A DNA stretch of 64,000 nt from Rhizodiscina lignyota (taxonomy: Eukaryota). The position numbers and the translations under genes were made by a program. Positions 35,261-48,724 of this stretch are shown here, piece after piece (positions within the stretch are counted from its first letter, which is position 1; every line of letters starts with the position of its first letter). The DNA is taken from positions 868,001 to 932,000 of the forward strand of contig ML978125.1 in NCBI GenBank assembly GCA_010015805.1, given 5' to 3'. Under the pieces are notes generated by a model that saw only the letters and a list, made by a program, of their open reading frames with translations, did no database searches and was not told the DNA's origin.

Positions 35261-36054
35261 CAAGAGCAGCTGGGAAAGAAGCAGGACAAACAGGTTAAGG
35301 GGGAACATATAGGCAAGGAACAGCTGGTGAATAAAAGAAGTGCTAGCTGTGATAGTAAGCAGGATTTTCCGAACAAGAAAACTCGCATGCGATGACCGCT
35401 GCGACACAGCCACTGCCACTCTCCTCTCGTCAGTCCTGTACTTCATCCTTGCGGATCCAGGAGTATACGAGAATCTTAAATCCGAAATTCGGGCTTCTTT
35501 CACGACTGAGAGCGACATTATGATGGTGTCGACGCTGAACCTAAAATATCTTGATGCTGTCATCAACGAAACTAAACGCATACGGCCGCCGATCTCAGTG
35601 ACGCTTCCGAGGCGTACACGAGCCGGAGGGAGTGTAATATGCGGGCGGCATGTTCCTGAATGGACTCTCGTGGGAGTTCAGGGTTGGAGCGTGTCACATA
35701 ATGAGGATAACTTCACAGATTGTAACAAGTTCGTACCAGAGCGCTGGTGTGAACCATGTCCAGAGAGATATGTCGACGACAAGAGAGACATCATCAAAAC
35801 TTTTGGAGTAGGCCCAAGGAGTTGTCTTGGGAAGAAGTAAGTGGAGCAGTGAAAGAAGCGTCATTGCCTTGGCTAAAGAAAAGTATAGTTTGGCCAGCGC
35901 CGAGACACGAGTCGTTTTGGCTAGGCTCTTCTGGAATTTCGACCTGGAACTCTGTCCAGAGAGTAAGAATTGGACTGCTGGCATGAAAATATATGGAGTT
36001 TGGATACTGCCGAAGTTGTGGGTTAAGATTCGATCGAGGGAGGGCGAGACATAG
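35198..36054 (+). pseudogene. 5'-truncated cytochrome P450 (CYP65/Tri11-like C-terminal half); segments 35198-35354, 35410-35836, 35889-36054
   Basis: ASCD|TTATLLS (degenerate AGxETT I-helix), YLDAVINETKRIRPP (ExxR), FVPERW and FGVGPRSCLGK|NLA (heme Cys). Two canonical introns; no N-terminal anchor or early helices upstream. Confidence 0.85.
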
Positions 36055-36440
36055 AAGCTTCACAAGATACTAATGCTGAGTATCTCGGGAGGGTCAAGTC
36101 TGATGTCTTGAGAGTACCGAACCAGAGACATAATTAGGTGTATTTATAGCATGTGAATTGTGTCCAAATGACGATTCTCTTGCATCGTGTACATTAAGGT
36201 GCGCTCGAGAGTGACAGCAAGTCTCACCATCACTGGCAATGTTCGGGTGGGGCGTACGGAGTACAGGCTGGAGCAGGGGGCTTATATAGCCCGCGGCTCT
36301 TCTTCGGCAGTCCAAGCTCCTAGCCAAGAAATACGTGGACACATTGAAAGTAAAGCATCTTCAGGAGTGCTATTACGCGGACAAGTTTTAATGCTCCTCC
36401 ACTTTGTCACGACGACCGAGGAGCTGTAGAGCCATCCATA

Positions 36441-38871
36441 ATGGCTGGCGCCGCAACTGATGTTTTCTTTCAAGGCAATACCGGCCGAAACACACGAGGC
36501 TTGCTCCGCGTCATTATCCTCTTTACAATCGCAGCTGCAGCTGTCGCAAGTCGACTGTTTTCCGTCATAAGGTTTGAGAGTATCATTCACGAGTGTGAGT
36601 GGAGCTTCCTAAATGTTATTCCGACATATTGGACAGTCAATTGACTCGATGCGCAAACAGTCGACCCATGGTTCAACTTTCGAGCAACAAAATACTTAGT
36701 GGAACATGGCTTCTACAAGTTCTGGGACTGGTTCGACGACCGTGAGCCTCCTCCTCCTACCTCTTCTCTGGATGTCACATATTGATGTATTGCACAGGAA
36801 CATGGCATCCGCTTGGTCGAGTCACCGGAGGCACCCTCTATCCAGGCCTTATGGTCACTAGCGGTGCCATCTACCACCTCCTTCGATTCCTCACATTCCC
36901 CGTTGATATTCGAAACATTTGCGTGCTGCTTGCTCCGGCTTTCTCTGGCCTAACAGCGTTCGCATCTTACCTCCTCACATCTGAGATGTCTACCTCTCCG
37001 TCCGCTGGCCTCCTGTCGGCCGCGTTCATGGGCATCGCTCCTGGTTACATCTCCCGTTCAGTTGCTGGAAGCTACGACAACGAAGCCATTGCAATCTTCC
37101 TCCTTGTATTCACCTTCTACCTCTGGATCAAGTCAGTGAAAGAAGGTTCGGCGCTCTGGGGAGCCCTGACGGCCTTGTTCTACGGATACATGGTGTCTGC
37201 ATGGGGTGGATATGTCTTCATAACGAACTTGATTCCGCTGCATGCATTCGTCTTGATCTGTATGGGTCGCTTCAGCCCGCGACTGTATGTGGCATATACA
37301 ACATGGTATGCTCTGGGGACCTTGGCCAGCATGCAGATTCCCTTCGTCGGATTTCTGCCAATCAGGAGTAGCGAGCACATGTCTGCGCTCGGTATCTTTG
37401 GCCTGTTGCAGATTGTGGGCTTTGTCGAATATGTCAGGCAGCAGCTCCCCAGCAAACAGTTCCAGATGCTTCTGCGCACACTGGTTCTTGTCATCTTTGT
37501 CGTTGCGCTAGGAGGGCTAGTCCTGCTTACAGTCTCCGGCGTTATCGCGCCTTGGACTGGACGATTCTACTCCCTCTGGGATACTGGATATGCAAAGATC
37601 CATATTCCGATCATTGCCTCCGTATCCGAACATCAGCCAACGGCATGGCCGGCTTTCTTCTTCGACTTGAATATGCTCATCTGGCTTTTCCCAGCCGGAG
37701 TTTATATGTGCTTCCGCACTCTAAAGGATGAGCACGTCTTCATTGTCATCTACGCTGTCCTTGCCAGCTACTTTTCCGGTGTAATGGTCCGTCTCATGCT
37801 CACGCTGACGCCTGTCGTCTGTGTGGCTTCAGCCATGGCGCTCTCACAGATCCTCGACACGTACCTCGTCATTGAGTCGCCGAAGGCGGATGAGCATATG
37901 AATGGGAATGCCGAGGCTATCAAGAACGCGGCCGCCTCTATTCTACCAGACACCTTGCGTTCGACTCGCAACCCAGTCGTCGGCATCTACTCTCATTTCT
38001 CAAAGATGACAATCGTTCTATCGTCTACACTCTACCTACTGATCTTCGTTGCACACTGCACCTGGGTTACCTCGAACGCATATTCGTCACCATCCGTCGT
38101 CCTGGCAAGCAGACTGCCCGACGGAAGCCAGCACATCATTGATGATTACAGAGAAGCATACTATTGGCTGCGACAGAATACTCCTGACAATGCAAAGATC
38201 ATGTCGTGGTGGGATTACGGCTACCAGATTGGTGGCATGGCTGATCGTCCGACGCTTGTCGACAACAACACATGGAATAACACTCATATTGCCACAGTTG
38301 GAAAGGCTATGAGCTCAAGAGAGGAAGTTAGCTACCCAATCATGCGTCAGCATGAGGTTGATTACGTCTTGGTAGTCTTTGGAGGTCTCTTGGGATACTC
38401 CGGTGACGATATTAACAAGTTTTTGTGGATGGTTCGTATCGCAGAAGGTATCTGGCCCGAAGAGGTCAAAGAGCGCGACTTCTTCACCGCAAGGGGCGAG
38501 TATAGAGTCGATGATGAGGCCACTCCTACCATGAGAAACAGCTTGATGTATGTCCTCCACAAGTCCTTAAATTTCAGGGCCTTTTACTGATGCCGAACAG
38601 GTACAAGATGTCCTACTACAACTTCAACACGCTCTTCCCGGCTGGCCAGGCTACCGACCGCGTCCGTGGCTCTCGCCTTCCAGCGGAAGGCCCGCAGCTA
38701 ACCACTGTTGAGGAGGCGTTCACAAGCGAGAACTGGATCATTAGAATCTATAAGGTCAAGGACCTTGATAACTTTGGGCGTGACCATGCAAGCGCGGTCG
38801 CGTTTGATAAGGGTAGCAAGAAGAGGAAGCCTACGAAGAGGAGAGGTCCGAGAGTGCTTCGCGTAGACTAA
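36441..38871 (+). CDS. STT3: Oligosaccharyltransferase catalytic subunit STT3; exons 36441-36594, 36661-36741, 36798-38547, 38601-38871
   Basis: [52 protein letters not shown] and DNNTWNN. Confidence 0.98.
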
Positions 38872-39458
38872 AGCGACACGGATGCGGAAGAATGGGGAGT
38901 GGGTTTCCATGTATAACATTTGATGGATTGACCTTGGCATTGGAGGCGTTTTCGGGAAGATGATGGATGTGAAGAAAAGTTCTGTACAAAATTTCACGGC
39001 CAGATCCGAGATTCCCAGGACTACATGCGATGGAAGTAGGCGGGAACGCTACTTAACACTCTTCCACATATAGTGCACGGTTGTCCGTTGACCCGTCTGG
39101 CGATGCGTGGGAGCTCATCGATATCGTGATCTGACTCGTGAAATGCTCCCCCGTCTGTTTTGGAACCGTGAAAAGAAAGCGCGGTTTGTAGTTCGCTCTT
39201 TCCTTGGTTGACTCGATGTTCATGTGCGCGACGTCTTTCACCTCCAGGCATTCACTCATGCCAACTGCTCGCTCTTGTCACTAAGTGGCTATCGGCGCGA
39301 TCTCATTTAAGTCTTTATTCAATACGACGTGTCTAATTCCATAGGGCGTGTTAGCTTTCATCAATCAATTGCGCTCAATCGCGCAGAGCGCTGCTGGTTT
39401 CAGCATGTTGCTCATCTCCATCGCTTCACGCTGACCAGCGCACCAATCCTCCGCGGAC

Positions 39459-42310
39459 ATGAGCGGCGCATATCCACCGTACGGCTGGGTCCGTCCACCA
39501 CCGTATTTCTAGTAAGTCTCTCAAATCGTCCACTTCCTCACCAAATTTTTGCTAACACGATGTCATCCAGCGCGCCAGGTCCGGGACCACCGCCTCCAAT
39601 TCCCACTGAACTGCGTTCGTCGAAGCCTGTGCCAAAAGTGAAGAAGACAGAACTCAACTACAGAGAGGGCAATTGGCCGACAGCAGGACCAGCAAGCTCC
39701 AGCTACGCCTCGTTTCCACGCGCCTATCCTATTCCTGCGCCGCCTCAGTATGCTGTTGGGTTCCGTTATCAACAACCACAACCAAAGTCTCGACTAGTGG
39801 AGGTTTCGGAAAGCGAGGAGAAGGATGAAGGAAGCTCGTCAAGCTCAGAAGAGGAGGAAAAGGAAGTCAACGTGTTTCGGTACTTGGTACCCCAACATGG
39901 CGCGCAACAGCAGCAGATTGTATCTGTCCAACAACCGCCACAGTCGCAGACGCTGATGATTCCGTTTCATTACTGTGTCCAGTGCATGCGACCGCGGTCA
40001 CAAGGGTATCATCGCCATCATCCACTGGTACCAGGACAACCGCCCATCCAAGGAACCTGCAGTAATTGTGAAAAGAGGAATAAAGCGATTGTGCCGAGGA
40101 AGCCAAGCGGAACGATGGAGAAATCTGGAATGTCTCTGAGTGACGGCGAGCCGGAGTATTTGACCAAGAGTGTCAGAGTGCAGGTCACGAACGACGACGG
40201 GGAACGGAAGTCGTATACTGTGAGGAGACTTCAGCGTAGCGGGTCTGAGAACACTAGCCCTCCAGTGAGGGCTCGGAGCGCAAGTCCAAAGAGAAAGACC
40301 TACATTCGCATACGGCATGTTTCGCCGAAAAGAGAAGCACCACCAAAGAGAGAGTCGCCGAAGGCACAAATGAAGGCACTATCACCTGCGAGGAGTCCTT
40401 CTCCTGATATTGTTAGTCGAGTTATACGATTTGCGTCTGAAGGTGCTCAGGAATCACCCACCAGAAACACTGGAACAAGGGTTGTCCGCAGGATTATCAG
40501 ACAATACCCGTCAGCAGAGGACTTCCTGTCGAGACCCGCAACAAGGCCTCCGCCTCCTCAACGGCGGGATCCTTCGCCAGAACTCATATATCGAACGGTG
40601 TATCGAACAACTTCAGAACGACAGCAGGAAAAGCGTGAGAATCCAGAGCCAGCTCGGGTGGCTCCGATGTCGAAACCAAAACCATCTCGTACGGACAATG
40701 TGACCCGATCCATGCAAACGTCTCCTATCGAGCAACGGACTCCATCTCCCGATATCACCTATCGTAGGGTGCATCGAACGACTTCGACACCAGTGAAACA
40801 GACTCCTCGAAGTGCAGAAACGGCTCAAACGACGTCTAAAATGAAAACAAGACCACGCTTTGGAAGCAATGAGCCTAGAGTTTCCTTTTCACAAGATCAG
40901 CAAACAGACATCAGAAAGATGAGACGAGATTACTACGACAGTCGACTGGAAGCTGAGCGACGAATTGCTTCTCATCCAGCTCCTTTTTCTCATGGTCGTT
41001 TTGTACCGGTCGCGAACGATGAACGTCCTCAGCAAACAACGAGTCAAATCATTGTACAAAGAAAAGCTCAGTCTCCACAGCCTCCGAAGCCGCAGGAAGG
41101 TTACATCGAACGTCAAACCCCAATAGTCTACAGAACGTCTGCAGAAGGGCCATATCATGGAAGTCAGCGAAAAAGTGTTCAAGTTTCTAAGACTACAGCA
41201 AAGTCGCCACCACAGGAGAGACCGTCTCAGACAAAGACCACTATTCAACGTCACCGTGAGGAAGTCTACTATTCCTCTTCGCATTCGCGCTCGCCATCGC
41301 CTCCGCTAAGGCAAACTCACCGTCGCTCACCGGAAAAAAAGCGCTCTCACATCTACCACCCTCTCCTCCCTCATCTCCACCCAGAGCCAACGGTGCCGCG
41401 TCTACCGGCTCCACTTGACAAGGTAGGATCCAATGCCTCTTCCTCCACCGGCTCGCCTCGAGCCAGAGTATACAACCAGGATGGCCCTGAACCCAGCCCC
41501 ACCCCAAGCTCAAGCTCGCGCCAAGAAAGCACGAACTCCAATGGCACTGGAGGGAGAAGAGCTCAGAAGGAGCCGGAGCGTGGCCGTGCGCACTCGCGTT
41601 CCCGCTCGTTCACGGAAACACTTACCGATTCTGCTGAACGCGTGACTAACGCGGTTGAGCGTACGGGTAGGTCTTTTGGTCGCATGGTTACCGGCGGTCG
41701 ACCGCAGAGATTGAGGAGTGCTATGAGAGATCCAAGCCGGGCGAGAGATCGAACGTCAAGTTCTTCAGACGAGGGCAGAGATGGTGGTAGAGGTGGCAGG
41801 AAGAAGGGTAGGAGAAGCGCGGATATGGATAGCATGGCTGTTCATATTGGCGATGCGAATCATGTGCATTTCGGCCCCGAGGTTAAGCGCGGTGAAGGGA
41901 GACAGAAGGGGGAAGGGGAGGAGATCGGTTTGGTGTTGGGTAGTCTAAGAGGAAGGGAGAGGGCGAGGGACAAGGGACGCGTGTATGAGATCGATAGCGA
42001 GGAAGAATTCATGATCCAGCGGCAAGTCAAGAGGAGGACAGACCGAGACCAACCTGCTCGGGATGGACGGGATGATGTGGTGAGGCGCAGGGATGAGAGT
42101 GTTGAGATTGAGACGGATAATGAGACCGAGAGGCCGGGTAGGAGAAGGGATGAGAGTGTGAGCAGGAGCAGAAGCGTCTCGCGGCCGCCTAGTCCGTATG
42201 TCGATGATGACTTCCTATCTGCGAAGTCCAAACGGCGAAACAGCGTCTCGACTGCGGCCAGTGGGAGTTCAACGAGGGGAAGGATTGGTGAGGATGATGG
42301 GAGGGGGTGA
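39459..42310 (+). CDS. Large Arg/Ser/Pro-rich, probably disordered hypothetical protein with one Cys/His motif; exons 39459-39511 and 39571-42310
   Basis: Long open frame. A GTAAGT..GCTAAC..CAG intron at 39512-39570 links MSGAYPPYGWVRPPPYFY in frame. Motif HYCVQCMRPRSQGYHRHHPLVPGQPPIQGTCSNC. Confidence 0.75.
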
Positions 42311-43341
42311 TATGCGTGGGTGCCTGAGGGTCGAGGGCTGAGTGACAGCGTGTCAACGAAGGTTAAATGATGTGAGCAGAATCAAGGCGAGCATTGCTCG
42401 ATTTGCGTACTGTTCAGATGCGAAATATCCGTTATAGCTAATTAGATCGGCCTCCGGGGCGCTTGCATGCGCTCAAGAGGCTTCGGACCGATCCATGCAG
42501 CAAGGCAACCGATTTACACTCCACACGTTACCACACTTCAGATGGGTCTCGGGGACAGGCGCGATGCTTCTTTGCTCCCATTCGACAGCGTTCGCTGAAT
42601 CTGCCTTATCATCGTTGCCTTCTTGTGCCGCTGCGAGTCATAGCCATGATTAGTCTTGTTTGCCTCACTTTGGGCGGTTAAAGTTGCATTCCATGTTCTG
42701 CGGGCGCGCGCTCCGCCCTGAGTTGCAACATGCAGATGCGCGGCCTCACGCGAAAGATGGAGTGGAGACGCAACCACGTTTTTTTCGGTTGCCCTTTGTT
42801 TTTGCGACATGTTGCAGAGTGCATATGCGATATATCCGCTGGCATCTGAAACAATAGTGCCTTGATGGCTGATTTGCATGAGGTTGAACGGGCGTTGTGG
42901 CTGGGTTGTCTGCGGAACGCTCGATGTGGGAGTGCGGGTGGTGCACTGACGAGAGAAGCAATTTGGGGGCCAGGAAGCTGAAAGGCCCCTGAACGACAAT
43001 GACTGATGCTGCGCAAAGTTGGAAAGGATATTCGGGTTTATTTCCGAACTGGTGACGCTGGTAATCTATGTGGTGTGATGGTGGAGATGTCAGAAGTCTT
43101 TCAGGTGGCAGCTGAGGAAGATGAGGGAACCAGGAGCGTTTGTGATGAACACAGAGCGATACGTCGTATGTTTGTAGTCTATCAAGTAACGTATGAATCG
43201 TAGATATGGATAATGAGTAAGAGAGGGTATCCAGCCGAACAAATGTCATTCCGTCGTGTCATTCCGAGCCCATGTCGCGAAACCCAATCCAAGACGCCGA
43301 AAAGCACTTTTTACAAACGCAAGAGACCAGAAAGCCGAGAT

Positions 43342-44910
43342 CTACTCGTGCTCAGTCGCAACCCTCTGCCTGAGCGGAACACCGTCTCCAATCCTCCAAG
43401 TGCCCTTCTCATCCACGCCGACCAGGCCTTCTTCCTGTAGCCAGTCGCGAAGCACCGGGTCCTCTCGCCAGCCCTCTACATCTGTGACCTTGGTACCATT
43501 GGTGGTGTTCTTCCTGTCGCGCTCAAAGTGACTTCCCACATGATCCATTCGGTCCGTCCAGCTTCCAGGACCCGAGAAGGTGCGGCTGCACATAAGGCAG
43601 CTCGACTTTTGTGGCGGCGAGCGCACTCGGACGTAGCACCGGGTCTGGTACTCCGCGATAACGTCTTCGGGGATGGCATTCGTAAGCGCAAGGCCTTTCT
43701 TAGTTGGTGAGGTTGGTGCGTTCGCGCCGTTCACTGCTACATCGGCGTGCATGCGTCGCAGATGCTGAGTGAACAGATCCTTGCGGTTGAAGTCATTGTA
43801 CGGGTCGCTGTTGTTTGTCGGAGGGCACATATCGCAGCGCCAGAAGCCGAGCTTGATGTGTTGCGTGCTGACATGCCGCTTCCATTCGTTCTTCGAAGTG
43901 AATGTGGACTCGCAGCCGTAGCTAGCAAGTGGACATGGGAAAGGGCGCAGCGTGGTGTCCGAGACAGATTGTTTCGACTTGTGGCCCTTGGACTTCTTGA
44001 CACGATCGTTGTTCGCGATGCTGAGGGAGCCTTTGCGGCCGCGAGACTGGCGCTTGATGTTGATCTTGCTGTTAGAGCCGTTGCTGGATTGCGATGAGCG
44101 CCTTCTTGGACGCTTGCTGAGGGAAGACTTCCTGTTTGGCTTGTATTCGGCGTCGGATTCTTCATCCTCTTCCTTGACGTCTGGCTGTTCAGTATCGTCT
44201 CTATCGAAGGCAGCAGGCTCTTCCTTCATCGGAAGATCCTCGCCTGGATGAGGTCCTAGCTCAATCTTTGAGCCACAGCGAATGGTATCTTGATCAAGGG
44301 TTGTGGCATCCTGTTCTATTTCCTCTGTAGTCTCATAATCGTCCGGGTCGACGTGGTTGTCATCCGGATATTGTTGAATCTCGCTCAGGGCAATGCCGCC
44401 TCCCAGGGATGTCTGGCTACAGGGCGCTGAGAATGCAGGATAGTCCGCATATGACATCTGCGAAGGACTGTAGTCAGAGTTGGACGACAGCGAGTTCCGG
44501 GCCGTGCGATCCGTGGAAGCATCATCGCTGTGGCATATACTTCGTCGGCTGCTGTTTGTATCTGCCGGAGAGCTCTGCCTTGGGTAGCTGTCAGGGAAAG
44601 CTGATTCGTAAGGTGTGTTGAAGGCAAGAGGGCTGCTCATATCGAGACCCACAGTGCTTGAAGGGAGGATGTGCGCAGAGTGAGGTGTATAGTGTGGCTG
44701 AACGAGGAATCGCTCAAATCTCGACATATCGTGGGCTAGGGGAGTGCCAAAGGGCACCTTGTATTCGTACATGTCCGAAAATCGAGCAGCTAGAGAGCCG
44801 GTCGCGTTCCACTGGTAGTAGTTGGAACCGGAGTTCCAGGTTCTGTCGCAGTGACCATACTCGTCTTCCACGATTCCTGGAAGGTCTGTGAATGGGCTGT
44901 AGTGATCCAT
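43342..44910 (-). CDS. C2H2 zinc-finger transcription factor (paralog 1)
   Basis: FPCPLASYGCESTFTSKNEWKRHVSTQH..WRCDMC..FNRKDLFTQHLRRMH..CLMCSRTF..WTDRMDHVGSH. First in-frame ATG is at 44910; the true start is uncertain. Confidence 0.88.
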   Translation of the reverse strand: MDHYSPFTDLPGIVEDEYGHCDRTWNSGSNYYQWNATGSLAARFSDMYEYKVPFGTPLAHDMSRFERFLVQPHYTPHSAHILPSSTVGLDMSSPLAFNTPYESAFPDSYPRQSSPADTNSSRRSICHSDDASTDRTARNSLSSNSDYSPSQMSYADYPAFSAPCSQTSLGGGIALSEIQQYPDDNHVDPDDYETTEEIEQDATTLDQDTIRCGSKIELGPHPGEDLPMKEEPAAFDRDDTEQPDVKEEDEESDAEYKPNRKSSLSKRPRRRSSQSSNGSNSKINIKRQSRGRKGSLSIANNDRVKKSKGHKSKQSVSDTTLRPFPCPLASYGCESTFTSKNEWKRHVSTQHIKLGFWRCDMCPPTNNSDPYNDFNRKDLFTQHLRRMHADVAVNGANAPTSPTKKGLALTNAIPEDVIAEYQTRCYVRVRSPPQKSSCLMCSRTFSGPGSWTDRMDHVGSHFERDRKNTTNGTKVTDVEGWREDPVLRDWLQEEGLVGVDEKGTWRIGDGVPLRQRVATEHE

Positions 44911-47369
44911 GCCGGCGTCTGTCGCAGAAGCAAGAGGCACAGTCGCCGATTCGCTCACTCAAGAAGTCCAGCGCTTATGTTGGGGTTGGTGCAAACAGCC
45001 GAGAGGTGCAACAGGAGTTCCACCATGTATTAGCGAACTGATTGGAGTGGGCAAGTATGGCCGAGATCATCGAGTGTGCTATAACGTGCTGATGGTGATG
45101 ACTTTGTCTTCCGCTGATAGTCGCACTATTTGATTGTTGAGGCCCGGGGTAATTAAGTAGATGAAACAATCTCAAGACCGATTGAGAGAACAGTAGGCGA
45201 TGCAATGAATTCCAAGAGGGTGTGAATGAATCAGGACGAGTGTATACAAGCACAGCCCATGGACATGCCAGCCATGAGGGCAATGCCTCCACAGGCATCT
45301 TATTATGTGCTCCAGTGCTACTCTCGCAGAGCCGCATTGTCTCCGAGGAGAGGACAGACCCACAGCAGTAATGACAAGGATCGTCAGGCAAGCGACAGGC
45401 AAGATTCGCGACCAAATATGGCCCCTGCATCGTCTTGACCGGTGGTTGCAGATGAGGAAGAGATGGGACGCGGACCTGGCATACCCTCCCGACTGGCCGG
45501 CTTAGCCAGCGGGCGGAGTCGAGTTTGCATACCCGTACTATAAGAGCACGCCATTGGATATAGACCACCATCTCGCAGGAAAGGCAAGGACGCGAGGCAT
45601 CGAGAAGCTCAGGTGATGGAGATCGCTTCCAAAAAAGGGGCTGTGGCTTCGCACGGAATGCTCGCAGACCTACCGAGTGCTCCAAATGGCTTTACAGCTG
45701 AAGGTTTCTTGCAGATATTGGGGATCTCGGCCACTACAAGCGAATTGGGGGCTGACATGGTGGAGGAGAGAACGTGGTCCACGGGTCGGCGGCCGCTCTA
45801 TCACAGCGGGGTTGCACAAACGCCCGCTCGCGCGCACGCTCGATCCTCGAATAATGCGTCGAAACTTCCACATGGCTGCGGTGGCAGCGCGAAGAGGTCC
45901 GGGACCACGGGAACGCGCTGTAATCGCAATGGGCTGACCCAGCAATGTTGGACAGGATCACCATGCTGGCACTCACAAGCGCAGATGCCATGCTGCCTCG
46001 CTATCACGGCCAGCATGGGTGATGGCATGGTGTGGAGGGAGGGGAGGGCAGGACGTCCATTGGACACTTTCCGCAGAGCCGCACGTCTAAGGAGTCTGAC
46101 TTCGGTGAAAGTGCCAAGGCTCCAGAATCATTTTGCCTTAATCAGGCGCACCGGGCGTAAGTGCAGAGTGAAAAGCAATTCGGCCACGCAGTCCAGACGC
46201 ACAGCTGCCTGGAGATGGTGGACGTGTTGTTGGAGCGGAGGAGGGGTTTGGCTTGCGACTTGCGACTTTTTCTTGTGGTCCAAATCGCGCAAACGTTTGC
46301 TTGACGTCCGAATAGGCAATCCGGCGGCTTTTGAACGATGAGGTAATCCTGCCCTCCAATGAGATTGGACAACCAGATGCTTGCTCGGCGGCAGAACAGA
46401 GCGCTTGAGCCACATGGAGGCGGCTGTGTCCTTGCTTCTGCATGCTGGCCAATGAGAGGACGTGTGCGCCCGATTGACAGCTCCTGGTGGCTTAGACCGA
46501 TATGGAGTCAATTCGACGAGATCAGAGATACCCATCAAGATGAGTCTACATCTCCGAATGCGCCTTGCTGGGGCGTCCGATCCGTTTGTTGGCACATTCA
46601 GTGCGCCAATCGTCGAGAATTTGGCGACGTGGGGGCTGTTACACATTGGGATTCAGACTTTGGCATATATGTCCCGAATAGGAAGCTCATATGCGGAGCG
46701 TTGTTGATTCTCGCCACCCGAAATCCTTCGGACGAGATCTTATTATCAAGTGGCTTCAGATCCTCCTGAGTCCTGCAGTTAATCATACAGTTGATATGAC
46801 CAAAAATTAGCTAAACGAATGAGAGAAGGAATGGGTTTTATACAAACCTCGGGTCCAGGGTCCTCGGTAGGGCTCAAAGCTGCCTCAGCTCCGAGAGCTC
46901 CAGACGCGCGTGCTTGTATCCCGACGTACTTGAAGGTCGCAGGTAGATGAAACTTGTCCTGAGCTTCTCACTTGCCTCATAACTTCTAGCAGTTGGTGAC
47001 ACGTGCAGTTTAGGAGTTGATAATGCATCAGAGGACCTTGTGCGCGAAAATACGCTGGGGATTGATATTACATAGAGCCCAATCTGGCTTAGCGCCATCG
47101 ACCTGGTCCTTTCGTCTTGTCCACCAACGTCCTTCGCCCAGAGACTCACAAGACTCGCATTTCAGAGCTCTCGGAGAGACACTGTCCACGGGAATGCTAA
47201 GTCCATTGACCACGGATCCTCCGCCACGAAATCGACCATTTGGCATCAAATGGCCGGTTACTACGGCTTCTGCGGGGTAGCGTGCGAGCTCAATAGCTCT
47301 GCTCGCGTGAGATGGACTTCAGCACGTAGAGATCGATTTGTGATAGATGGTTAGGGAAATCATTTAATT

Positions 47370-48505
47370 ATGGATCAAAACATTGGTTTCATAGGTAAAC
47401 ATAAGCTTTATCATTCGCTCATGGACTGTGCTGACAGCAGAAAGGCCTGGGCAACATGGGCTATCCCATGGCAATGAATGTCAGAAAGAAAATGCCTCCT
47501 AGTGACACACTCTATGTCTACGACGTAAACGAGAAAGTGTGTGATAAGTTCAAGGAGGAATTCGGAGGGCCGAATAGTCGAATAGAGATCTCAAAGACCA
47601 TCCCAGATATGGTTGCCAATGCAAGCACTATCATTTCGATGGTGCCGTCACCGGAGAATGTTCGCCAGGTCTATCTCGACGAGAAATCTGGCGTAGCAGC
47701 AGCTAAAGGCAAGGCCTCTGCCGAACATGACGCCCAAAGATTATACTGTGAATGCAGCACTATTGACATCGATACTACGCGAGATGTTGGGAAAAGAATC
47801 GGAGAAATGGGAATGGGGACTTACATTGATACTCCAGTTTCTGTAAGTCTACATCGACCTTTAAGTGGTGGCTTAATGTGCACATCAATTCATCAATAAG
47901 GTTGGCTAATTTGGCGTGTAGGGAGGCCCGGGCTTTGCACAAACCGGTACACTTTCCCTCATGTGTGGAATATCCGAGTCATCGCCAGCGGCAAAGCGGG
48001 TCGATACCATCGTCAAGTACATGGGAGGTGCGTCGAAGATATTCTATTGTGGCAGCTTGGGTTTGGGCCTCGCCGGCAAGCTAAGTAACAATTACATTTC
48101 CTGCTGCATCAACCAGCTCAATGCTGAGGCAATGGCCTTCGGCATCAAGCTAGGCCTTGACAAGAATCTGCTCTATAACATCATTATGGCCTCCTCGGGC
48201 CGTAACTGGATGCTCGAACGTAAATCTCCGGTTGGCGGCGTTATCGATTCTCCCAGTGATCACGACTACGTGCCCGGCTTTAGGGTTCCGCTGGCGTTGA
48301 AGGATGTCAGCTTGGGAGTGAAAGCGTCAAAGGCAGTAGGAATCAAACCTAGCATTGGCGAAGCAGTTGTTGAGATACATTCTGCTATGGATGCAGATAA
48401 AAATTACAAGGTATGCATTTCGTCGGAGTTTGCAGTCTCTTACTGAGTATGTTGCAGGATCTTGACCACTCTGCTGTGTATCGTTACCTGGGAGGGCCGG
48501 AATAG
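47370..48505 (+). CDS. 3-hydroxyisobutyrate dehydrogenase-family (beta-hydroxyacid dehydrogenase) protein; exons 47370-47394, 47445-47842, 47922-48410, 48458-48505
   Basis: IGFIG|LGNMGYPMAMN Rossmann motif, ECSTID, IDTPVS|GG, GLAGKLSNNY (catalytic Lys) and LALKDVSLG. Confidence 0.9.
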
Positions 48506-48724
48506 ATTTACATCACAGTGCCTTGATGTGGCTGTGTTGACCGGTCGTCCAGTGAGTGTGATATAGCTCTGTAGCACTACTTCAATTTCGTCCAAGTCAG
48601 TGTTGTGACCGGTCCGAGTCAAATTCCGTTAGCTTGACACAATCGGGCTGGTTGCAGGGTGACACAGGACACGTTGATCCCTCATTCGCTGTTGTACACT
48701 GTTCAGATATTTCTACATAATTAG

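Noticed and set aside
39021..39259. 68-76 aa ORFs between STT3 and the low-complexity gene
   Set aside because: Short, with no recognisable homology; likely UTR or promoter sequence.
44975..46786. 236-aa and 242-aa ORFs upstream of C2H2 paralog 1
   Set aside because: No domain signal and compositionally random; better explained as a long regulatory or leader region.
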